Assembly (NCBI GenBank): GCA_045580345.1
Contig: JAZNNO010000026.1
Location: 13,562-77,561 of the forward strand
Source: Faecousia sp.
GTDB lineage: Bacteria > Bacillota > Clostridia > Oscillospirales > Oscillospiraceae
Length of the DNA: 64,000 bases
Direction of reading: 5' to 3'
Shown: positions 56,784 to 64,000 of the stretch, in pieces
How the letters are laid out: every line of letters starts with the position of its first letter
Numbering within the stretch: position 1 is the stretch's first letter
Notes under the pieces: generated by a model
Seen by the model: the letters and a program-made list of their open reading frames with translations, nothing else
Database searches by the model: none
Told to the model about the DNA's origin: nothing
Translations under genes and position numbers: made by a program

Positions 56784-57560
56784 ATGGACAATCACACCTC
56801 CGTAGTTATTGCGGACAATTCAGAAGAATTTTGCAGCGCTCTCACCGCCGCACTACATCAAACCGACCGGTTCCGGGTCTTGGATACAGCCAACGACGGA
56901 GAACGGGCCATCGCCCTGGTGTCGGAACAGAAACCGGAGATCCTGGTGCTGGATATGATGCTGGCGAAAAAGGACGGCATCAGCGTCCTGAAGGCCATCG
57001 GCACTTTGGAGCATAAACCCACGGTGCTGGCCACCTCCGGGTTTATTACCGATTATGTAGCATCCGCTGCCGCCAATTTGGGGGTGCGGTATCTGATGCT
57101 GAAGCCCTGCGACACCAGCGCAGTGGTCGAACGGCTGGAGGAGATCCGGGGTGGGGAGAGCCTGCGGACACCTGCCGCCCGTCACAGCGGTCAGCAAAAC
57201 ATCGAAACCATGGTCACCAACATTATTCATGAAATCGGCGTGCCTGCCCATATCAAGGGCTATCAGTATCTGCGGGAAGCCATTATCATCGCCGTGGAGG
57301 ATATGGACGTGATCAACGCCATCACCAAGATCCTCTATCCCCAGGTAGCAAAGACCTTCCAGACCACACCCAGCCGTGTGGAACGGGCTATCCGCCACGC
57401 AATCGAAGTTGCCTGGGATCGGGGTGACCTGGACACCTTGCAAAAGTTCTTCGGCTACACTGTCAGTAATACCAAGGGCAAACCGACAAATTCCGAGTTC
57501 ATTGCCCTCATCGCAGACAAGCTCCAGCTGCAGATGCGCTCTGCCGCTGTGAATTTCTGA
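56784..57560 (+). CDS. spo0A: Sporulation master regulator Spo0A
   Basis: Receiver domain + [43 protein letters not shown]. Confidence 0.97.
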   Translation: MDNHTSVVIADNSEEFCSALTAALHQTDRFRVLDTANDGERAIALVSEQKPEILVLDMMLAKKDGISVLKAIGTLEHKPTVLATSGFITDYVASAAANLGVRYLMLKPCDTSAVVERLEEIRGGESLRTPAARHSGQQNIETMVTNIIHEIGVPAHIKGYQYLREAIIIAVEDMDVINAITKILYPQVAKTFQTTPSRVERAIRHAIEVAWDRGDLDTLQKFFGYTVSNTKGKPTNSEFIALIADKLQLQMRSAAVNF

Positions 57561-57565
57561 AAACG

Positions 57566-57592
57566 AAAAGCCCCGCCAATGGCGGGGCTTTT
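57566..57592. terminator. Bidirectional terminator
   Basis: AAAAGCCCCGCC-AAT-GGCGGGGCTTTT. Confidence 0.88.
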
Positions 57593-57603
57593 GCGTATTT
57601 GAA

Positions 57604-59010
57604 TCAGAATTTGATCACACCAACAGACTGCAGCAGCAGGAAGGTCAGAAGCACAGGGGTGATGTACTTCACCATAACCACATACAGCTTTTCCCGTCTG
57701 AATTTAAACTTACCAACGGTAACTTCGTCAATGATCATCTTGGGCTTTGCGATCCAACCCACAAAGATGCAGGTCGCAATGGAGATCACAGGCATCAGCA
57801 CATAGTTGCTGGCATAATCCAGCACATCCAAAAGCTGAACATTCTGTGCAGTGGGCAGGTCAGCCTCAAAATACAGTGTGTTGTAGCCTAAGCAAACAGC
57901 AAGGCCCACAACTGCGGCAAACAGCGTAACTACGCCTGTGGCCTTCTTGCGCTCCATAGAGAACCGATCCACAACGCAGGAAACAACTGCTTCCATAATG
58001 GAAACAGAGGAAGTAAGCGCTGCAAAGGACACCGTCACAAAAAACAGAACACCCACAATCAGACCCACCACCGGGCCCATGGCGGTGAACACCTTGGGAA
58101 GTGCCACAAACATCAGGCTGGGGCCGCTGGCATTCAAGCCCTCTGTGCCCATAAAGGTAAACACCGCGGGAATCACCATCATACCGGCCAAAAATGCCAC
58201 GGTGGTATCAAAGAATTCGATCTGGGTAACAGACTTATTCAGATCCGTGTCCTTGGGAACATAGGAGCCATAGGTGATCATAATGCCCATTGCCACACTG
58301 ATAGAATAGAACAGCTGGCCCATCGCATCGGTCAGAACTACCAGGAACTGCTTGAGGGTCATTCCGCTAAAATTAGGGATTAAATAAACCTTAAAACCTT
58401 CCAAACCTGTGCGGACAGTGCCGTCGGCATCCGTATGCCGCAGGAACAAAGCATACACCGAAATGCCCAAGATCAGCACCAGCAGAATCGGCATCAGCAC
58501 CTTGGACAGTCGCTCAATGCCCTTGTTGACACCCTTGTAAACCACAAAGGATGTGGCAATCAGGTAAATAGAAAACCAAATGATGGGACTCCACTGGTCG
58601 CTGATAAAGCTCTTAAAATAACCGTCCGCTGCCGCAGCCGCGCCCTGGCCGGTCACGAAAACGCTTAAGTATTTCAGCACCCACCCGCCGATGGCGCAAT
58701 AGTAAGGCAGGATCAGCGCCGGAATAATGCAGGCCAGCACACCCACCCAGCCCATTTTGGGGTGGATCTTTTTGTAAGCCATTAAGGGGCTGAGCCCGGT
58801 CTTTCTGCCGATGGATATTTCCGTGATCAGCAGGGTAAAGCCAAAGGTCAATGCCAGGATCAAATACACCAGCAGGAACAATCCGCCGCCGTCCTTTGCT
58901 GCCAAATAGGGAAAACGCCAAATATTTCCCAAGCCCACCGCGCTGCCGGCTGCCGCCAAAACGAAGCCCAAGCGGCCGGTAAAGCTGCCACGGTTTTGCT
59001 TCCTCTCCAT
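57604..59010 (-). CDS. Sodium-dependent transporter (NSS/SNF family)
   Basis: AAGSAVGLGNIWRFPY..GGGLFL, GQLFYSIS, AALTSSVS. Confidence 0.92.
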   Translation of the reverse strand: MERKQNRGSFTGRLGFVLAAAGSAVGLGNIWRFPYLAAKDGGGLFLLVYLILALTFGFTLLITEISIGRKTGLSPLMAYKKIHPKMGWVGVLACIIPALILPYYCAIGGWVLKYLSVFVTGQGAAAAADGYFKSFISDQWSPIIWFSIYLIATSFVVYKGVNKGIERLSKVLMPILLVLILGISVYALFLRHTDADGTVRTGLEGFKVYLIPNFSGMTLKQFLVVLTDAMGQLFYSISVAMGIMITYGSYVPKDTDLNKSVTQIEFFDTTVAFLAGMMVIPAVFTFMGTEGLNASGPSLMFVALPKVFTAMGPVVGLIVGVLFFVTVSFAALTSSVSIMEAVVSCVVDRFSMERKKATGVVTLFAAVVGLAVCLGYNTLYFEADLPTAQNVQLLDVLDYASNYVLMPVISIATCIFVGWIAKPKMIIDEVTVGKFKFRREKLYVVMVKYITPVLLTFLLLQSVGVIKF

Positions 59011-59173
59011 AAATATTGCCTCCAAATTATTCACAAACATCTTTTCATAGTTTACTATCAAACGGGATGTTTTGCAAGCACTTTCTTCCAATTCCCCCTT
59101 TTTCTGTAAAACCCCTTTGTTGACAGCGCAGCATATTTTTCTTATAATGTAAAAAACAAAGGAGGTAATACCT

Positions 59174-59455
59174 ATGGCAAATGAAGAAATTTTAGAGCAA
59201 GAGGAATCCATCCTCACCCTCACCGATGAAAACGGCGACGAGCTGCGGTTTGAATACCTGGATTGCATTGAAATGGACGGCACTGAGTACCTGGTGCTGA
59301 TGCCCGAGGAATCCAACGAGATCGTGATTCTGGAGATCCAGCCCGTGGACGAGGAAAACGAAAACTATGTAGCTGTGGAAAGTGAAGAGACCTTAGATGC
59401 GGTTTATGCTATCTTCAAAGAGCGCTACAAGGACGTTTTGGAATTTGAAGACTGA
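59174..59455 (+). CDS. DUF1292 family acidic protein
   Basis: ILTLTDENGDE..FEYLD.IE.DG.EYLVL.P; strong GGAGG. Confidence 0.85.
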   Translation: MANEEILEQEESILTLTDENGDELRFEYLDCIEMDGTEYLVLMPEESNEIVILEIQPVDEENENYVAVESEETLDAVYAIFKERYKDVLEFED

Positions 59456-59457
59456 CA

Positions 59458-59486
59458 CAAAAGCCACCCTTCCGGGTGGCTTTTTT
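59458..59486. terminator. Bidirectional terminator
   Basis: AAAAGCCACCC-TTCC-GGGTGGCTTTT. Confidence 0.85.
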
Positions 59487-59991
59487 ATCGGAATATGCGG
59501 TCTGCAAGGCCCCGGGAACGAAGAGCATAGTATAGGGCTGTGCCTAAAGTGAGCATAACCGCCAATTCACCAACGGCTACATACAATGCATTCAGCCAAA
59601 ATCCCCCGCCAATGTACACGCTCAGCTCCCAGCCCACCAAAAAGGCATTGCTCAGCGCCGGCAGCAGCATAGCAAAAAGCGGATAACCCTTGATCTTCAC
59701 TTTCCGCAAGCCGTACATACCGGACACCGCCAGCAAGGTGGCAAGGCCGCCCACCGGTACATCCAAGGGCAGTGCCCCGGCAAAGGTCAGATTGAACAGC
59801 GCACAGCCCACAGTAAGGCCCGGAATTGCTGCCGGGGTGAACAGTGCCAGCACGCACAGGGCCTCCGAGGCCCGGAACTGAATGGCAAAAGAGGCAGAAT
59901 TGGGAATCAGAACATTCTGCAGATGGGTAAGCCCCACATACAAGGCGGCGATCATCGCCCCCTGGGCCAAAAAACGGCTTTTGTTTCTCAT
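59485..59991 (-). CDS. queT: QueT family queuosine-precursor transporter
   Basis: AMIAALYVGLT, IQFRASEAL, AIPGLTVGC; preQ1 riboswitch upstream. Confidence 0.9.
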   Translation of the reverse strand: MRNKSRFLAQGAMIAALYVGLTHLQNVLIPNSASFAIQFRASEALCVLALFTPAAIPGLTVGCALFNLTFAGALPLDVPVGGLATLLAVSGMYGLRKVKIKGYPLFAMLLPALSNAFLVGWELSVYIGGGFWLNALYVAVGELAVMLTLGTALYYALRSRGLADRIFR

Positions 59992-60010
59992 AGTTTTTCT
60001 CCTGAAACAC

Positions 60011-60059
60011 AAAAAATGGGCACAGCCGTGCCCATAAAAAATGAGCGCATTGCGCCCAT
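60011..60059 (-). terminator. Two tandem terminator-like hairpins in the queT leader
   Basis: ATGGGCGC-AAT-GCGCTCAT-TTTTT then ATGGGCAC-GGCT-GTGCCCAT-TTTTT. Confidence 0.7.
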
Positions 60060-60065
60060 CACATT

Positions 60066-60105
60066 CCTAGTTTTGTTTACCGACAGGATGGTCACGAACT
60101 GTCCT
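60066..60105 (-). ncRNA. preQ1 class I riboswitch
   Basis: GACAG-UUCGUGACCAUC-CUGUC stem-loop followed by GGUAAACAAAACUAGG; upstream of queT, downstream of TTGACA-16-TATAAT. Confidence 0.88.
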
Positions 60106-60205
60106 ATGTATTTTCTTTATTATACCCCATTTCCCTCCTCTGTCAACTCTATATTTTTACTTGCCATTTTCTGCATCGGTGGTATAATAGAAGCAGGTGA
60201 TATTT

Positions 60206-61087
60206 ATGAAAAAAATGCTTTTTGTCTTCAATCCCTGTGCCGGCACAAAAAAAGCCAACCGATTCCTCGCGGGCATTCTAGACGCTTTTAACCGGGCTGA
60301 CTATCAAGTGCAGGTATATGTGACCGCCGGCCCCAAGGATGCCGTGACCGCTGTGAAGCAGTTTGCCCCCGGCATGGATCTGGTGGTGTGCTGCGGCGGC
60401 GACGGCACTTTTAACGAAACCGTTGCCGGCCTTTTAGAAACAGGCCTTTCCATTCCTGTGGGTTATATCCCCGCCGGCTCTACCAACGATTTTGCCAACT
60501 CTTTGAAGCTTTCTTTGCATCCTCTAAAGGCTGCCAAGGCCATCATTGAAGGTACGCCCCAGCCCCTGGATATGGGTTCCTTTAACGGGCGTTATTTCTC
60601 CTATGTGGCTTCCTTCGGCGCTTTTACCAAAGCAAGCTATGCCACCCCCCAAAGTGTCAAAAACGCCTTGGGCCACACCGCCTATGTTCTGGAGGGCATC
60701 AAGGAGATCGCATCCATTCGCAAAATGCCCGTGCGCATGGAGCTGGACGGTGAAGTAGTGGAGGATGACTATATTTTCGGCGCTATCTGCAATTCCACCA
60801 GTGTGGGCGGCATTCTGACCTTAGATCCCAACCAGGTGGATATGAGCGACGGCAAGTTCGAAATCCTGCTTTTGCGAGCGCCCCGGGATCTCTTCGAGCT
60901 GACCGAGTGCATTACCGCTGTACAAAAGCAGCAGTACAACAGCCGGATGATGACCTTCCGCACCGCCAAAACCGTGCAAATCCACGCAAGCGAGGATATG
61001 ACCTGGACTTTGGATGGAGAAATGGCTGACGGCGCTAAGGAACTGACCGTTTCCAATCTCCATCACGCAATTCAGCTGGTTCACTGA
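60206..61087 (+). CDS. Diacylglycerol kinase family lipid kinase (YegS/BmrU-like)
   Basis: NPCAG, CGGDGTFNE, IPAGSTNDFA, LDGE. Confidence 0.9.
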   Translation: MKKMLFVFNPCAGTKKANRFLAGILDAFNRADYQVQVYVTAGPKDAVTAVKQFAPGMDLVVCCGGDGTFNETVAGLLETGLSIPVGYIPAGSTNDFANSLKLSLHPLKAAKAIIEGTPQPLDMGSFNGRYFSYVASFGAFTKASYATPQSVKNALGHTAYVLEGIKEIASIRKMPVRMELDGEVVEDDYIFGAICNSTSVGGILTLDPNQVDMSDGKFEILLLRAPRDLFELTECITAVQKQQYNSRMMTFRTAKTVQIHASEDMTWTLDGEMADGAKELTVSNLHHAIQLVH

Positions 61088-61097
61088 GAGGTAGCTT

Positions 61098-61568
61098 ATG
61101 CGCAACACCACTTTGTGCTATATCACCCGGGGAAACGATGTGCTGATGCTCCACCGGGTCAAAAAAGAAAACGATGTGAACAAGGACAAATGGATCGGCA
61201 TCGGCGGCAAATTTGAAGCAGACGAGACTCCCGACGAGTGCCTTTTGCGGGAGGCAAAGGAGGAGACCGGTCTGACCCTCACTTCCTGGAAATGCCGGGG
61301 CATTGTCACTTTCCTCACAAATGGCCCTTGGGAAGGCGAATATATGTATCTGTTCACCGCCGACGGCTTCGCGGGTGAGCTGAAAGAATGCGACGAGGGT
61401 GAGCTGCGGTGGGTGAGCCGGGAGTTTTTATCGGAACTTCCCCAATGGGAGGGCGATAAGATTTTCTTAGACCTATTGTGGCAGGATGCGCCCTTCTTTC
61501 TGCTGAAGCTGCGCTACGAGGGCGACAAGTTGGCAGAAGCCGTACTAAACGGCGAAAGAATCAAATAA
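61098..61568 (+). CDS. Nudix hydrolase, 8-oxo-dGTP diphosphatase (MutX-like)
   Basis: TTLCYI, GIGGKFE.DETPDEC..REAKEETGL, WEGD. Confidence 0.9.
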   Translation: MRNTTLCYITRGNDVLMLHRVKKENDVNKDKWIGIGGKFEADETPDECLLREAKEETGLTLTSWKCRGIVTFLTNGPWEGEYMYLFTADGFAGELKECDEGELRWVSREFLSELPQWEGDKIFLDLLWQDAPFFLLKLRYEGDKLAEAVLNGERIK

Positions 61569-61571
61569 GCG

Positions 61572-61606
61572 AACCCGGTGCGCAGAACGCGTGCCGGGGC
61601 TTTTTT
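61572..61606 (+). terminator. Intrinsic terminator
   Basis: CCCGGTGCGC-AGAAC-GCGTGCCGGG followed by a T tract. Confidence 0.65.
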
Positions 61607-61670
61607 ATTCTTGCATACGGAAACTATTTTCGTTATAATGGTATTACAATATATAATAAGGAGAATCCCT

Positions 61671-62339
61671 ATGGAGATTTCGGAAATTCTGGCAAGATGC
61701 GACCACACCCTGCTGTCCCCTGCCGCCACATGGGCAGATATCAAAGCCATCTGCGATGACGGCATGAAATTTAAGACCGCATCGGTGTGCATTCCCGCAT
61801 CCTTTGTCCAACAGGCCAAGGCCTACACAGAGGGCAAGCTTCCCATCTGCACTGTCATTGGTTTCCCCAACGGCTACGCTACCACTGCCGCCAAGTGCTT
61901 TATGGCCTACGATGCCATTTCCCACGGCGCAGACGAGGTGGATATGGTTGTGAACATCGGCTGGGTAAAAGAGGGTAAATTTGATGCCGTTACCGAGGAA
62001 ATTCGCCAGGTGAAGGCCCACTGCTGCGGCAAGATCCTGAAAGTGATTATTGAAACCTGCCTGCTCACAGACGAGGAGAAAATCGCCCTGTGCAAATGCG
62101 TCACCGATGCAGAGGCGGATTACATTAAAACCTCCACCGGATTCTCCACCGGCGGGGCTACCTTTGCAGATGTGGCACTTTTTGCCAAGCACATCGGGCC
62201 TAAGGTAAAGATCAAGGCCGCCGGCGGCATTTCCAGCCTGGAAGATGCTGAAAAATTCATCGCCCTGGGCGCTGACCGCCTGGGAACTTCCCGCATTGTA
62301 AAGATCGCCAAGGGTTTACAAAACGACGGAACTTATTAA
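61671..62339 (+). CDS. deoC: Deoxyribose-phosphate aldolase
   Basis: [45 protein letters not shown]. Confidence 0.96.
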   Translation: MEISEILARCDHTLLSPAATWADIKAICDDGMKFKTASVCIPASFVQQAKAYTEGKLPICTVIGFPNGYATTAAKCFMAYDAISHGADEVDMVVNIGWVKEGKFDAVTEEIRQVKAHCCGKILKVIIETCLLTDEEKIALCKCVTDAEADYIKTSTGFSTGGATFADVALFAKHIGPKVKIKAAGGISSLEDAEKFIALGADRLGTSRIVKIAKGLQNDGTY

Positions 62340-62351
62340 GGAGGAATTCTT

Positions 62352-63104
62352 ATGTCCAACTTCCCTACTACTCCCCATATCAATGTTTTGAATGAGATCG
62401 GGTTCGGCAAGACCGTGCTGCTGCCCGGTGACCCTCTGCGGGCTAAATTCATTGCAGAAAACTTTTTGGAAAACCCGGTACTGGTGAACAATGTCCGGGG
62501 TGTAAATGGCTACACCGGCTATTATAAAGGTGTAAAGGTGTCCGTGATGGCTACCGGTATGGGTATGCCCGCTATGGGTATTTACTCCCACGAGCTCTTC
62601 ACCCGGTTCGGTGTGGAGAACATCATCCGGGTAGGCTCTGCCGGCTCTATCCAGGAACACATCAATCTTTACGACATCGTACTGGGGCAAGGCGCTTGCA
62701 CTGATTCTAATTGGGCTACCCAGTTCCATCTGCCCGGCACTTTTGCCCCCATCGCCGACTTTACCATGCTGTGCGAAGCGGTAAAAGCCTGTGAAAATCA
62801 CAAGGCCACCTACCATGTGGGTAACATCAACTCCTCCGATGTATTCTACGGAGATCACGAGGGTGTTCCCGAGGGGCTGGACAGCGTATATGGCCTGAAA
62901 AAGATGGGCGTGATGGCTTTGGAAATGGAGGCTGCCGCTTTGTATATGAACGCTGCCCGGTACGGCAAGCGGGCTTTGTGTATCTGCACCATTTCCGACC
63001 ATGTGCTGTAGGGTGTGGAGACCACCGCCCAGGAGCGGCAGACCGCATTCACCAAGATGATGGAAGTGGCCTTGGATGTAGCTGTCGCGATGGATAAGAA
63101 GTAA
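62352..63104 (+). CDS. deoD: Purine nucleoside phosphorylase interrupted by an in-frame TAG at 63009-63011
   Basis: TPHI, LLPGDPLRA, TGMGMP, IIRVGSAG, EMEAA, TISDHVL*GVETTAQERQTAFTKMMEVAL; the conserved tail continues 30 codons to TAA. Confidence 0.88.
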
Positions 63105-63107
63105 GCA

Positions 63108-63204
63108 GGAGATTGCCACATCGCGTGAATTAAGGTATGATTGCCCCCGGCAATCATAGTTATTAACGATTCGCTGCGCTCTGCAACACGCTCCTCGCAA
63201 TGAC
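63108..63204. repeat. Dispersed palindromic element GGAGATTGCCAC...TCGCAATGAC with a nested palindrome
   Basis: Ends match 56501-56540; contains TATGATTGCC-CCC-GGCAATCATA (63136-63158). Confidence 0.7.
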
Positions 63205-63226
63205 GAGGAAAATTGAGGTACATTTT

Positions 63227-64000
63227 ATGAAAAGAGTTTTTTTGATCGTACTGGATTCCTTTGGTATCGGCGCGATGCCGGATAGCGAAGCATTCGGCGA
63301 CAAGGGCGCAAACACCCTTTCGTCCTGCGCCGCCACCGGAAAACTGGATATCCCCAATTTGATAAAGGCCGGTTTGGGGCAGATCGACGGGGTCACCTGT
63401 CTGCCCAAAGGAAATCTGACCGGAGCTGTGGCAAGACTGGCAGAAGCCTCTGCCGGCAAGGACACCACCATCGGTCACTGGGAGATCGCCGGTATTGTAT
63501 CTGAGAATCCTCTGCCCACTTATCCGGAGGGTTTCCCGGAGGAAATTATCGCGCCTTTCTGCGAGGCCACCGGCCGGGGTATTTTGGCCAATGCGCCATG
63601 GTCCGGTACGGCGGTCATTGAAAAGTACGGTGCAGAGCATCTGCGTACCGGAGATCTGATCGTCTATACTTCCGCTGATTCTGTATTCCAAATCGCCGCG
63701 CACGAGGAGATCGTACCCCCGGAGCAGCTTTACGAATACTGCCGCATTGCCCGAAAACTTCTCCAGGGCAAGCATGGCGTGGGCCGAGTCATCGCCCGTC
63801 CCTTTGTGGGTACACCGGGGAATTTCACCCGCACCGCCAACCGCCACGATTTCTCCTTAGAGCCGCCCAAGGAAACCCTGCTGGATGCTTTGCAGAATGC
63901 CGGCCTTGCCACCATCGGTGTGGGCAAGATCCACGATATTTTCGCCGGGCGGGGCTTAAGCGAATATGTCTACAATAAAAGCAATGCAGATGGAATGGCT
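63227..64000 (+). CDS. deoB: Phosphopentomutase, 5' part (runs off the window)
   Basis: Manual translation: MKRVFLIVLDSFGIG, GKDTTIGHWE, YTSADSVFQIAAHE, GRVIARPF, RTANRHD. Confidence 0.95.
   Translation, partial: MKRVFLIVLDSFGIGAMPDSEAFGDKGANTLSSCAATGKLDIPNLIKAGLGQIDGVTCLPKGNLTGAVARLAEASAGKDTTIGHWEIAGIVSENPLPTYPEGFPEEIIAPFCEATGRGILANAPWSGTAVIEKYGAEHLRTGDLIVYTSADSVFQIAAHEEIVPPEQLYEYCRIARKLLQGKHGVGRVIARPFVGTPGNFTRTANRHDFSLEPPKETLLDALQNAGLATIGVGKIHDIFAGRGLSEYVYNKSNADGMA

Noticed and set aside
62855-63847. 330-aa minus-strand ORF containing MIAGGNHTLI
   Set aside because: Antisense to deoD/deoB and reads through the palindromic repeat; likely spurious

Overview
Mostly core-genome window from a spore-forming Clostridia bacterium, probably Oscillospiraceae-like (inferred from spo0A, the N-terminally extended L27 with Prp, and protein style). 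It holds 59 coding regions: the start of an ethanolamine (eut) operon, an amino-acid ABC transporter with a TrpR-like YerC/HisR regulator, aspS, trmL, pgk-tpiA, a Sua5-CoaE fusion, uxaC, potAB-potCD, sdpRI, ymdB-yhaO-yhaN-like genes, rplU-prp-rpmA-(MFS)-obgE, a threonine divergon, cytoplasmic carbohydrate-active genes, malQ-glgP, msmX, spo0A, queT and deoC-deoD-deoB. I saw no rRNA, tRNA, CRISPR array, transposase or integrase. The best candidate for something new is an ~180-nt multi-stem, double-pseudoknot leader RNA in front of the sugar ABC ATPase msmX, whose protein carries a Lys-rich insertion. Other highlights: a three-way-junction leader before malQ-glgP; a GH89-like gene coupled to a putative glucosamine N-acyltransferase; an in-frame TAG in deoD while none of the other 56 complete genes ends in TAG (a base-call error is a serious alternative); GTAG-type REP doublets; a second dispersed palindromic repeat family; HisR-like boxes; a preQ1-I riboswitch; and an L21 leader. 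All calls come from manual motif reading; no database search was run.
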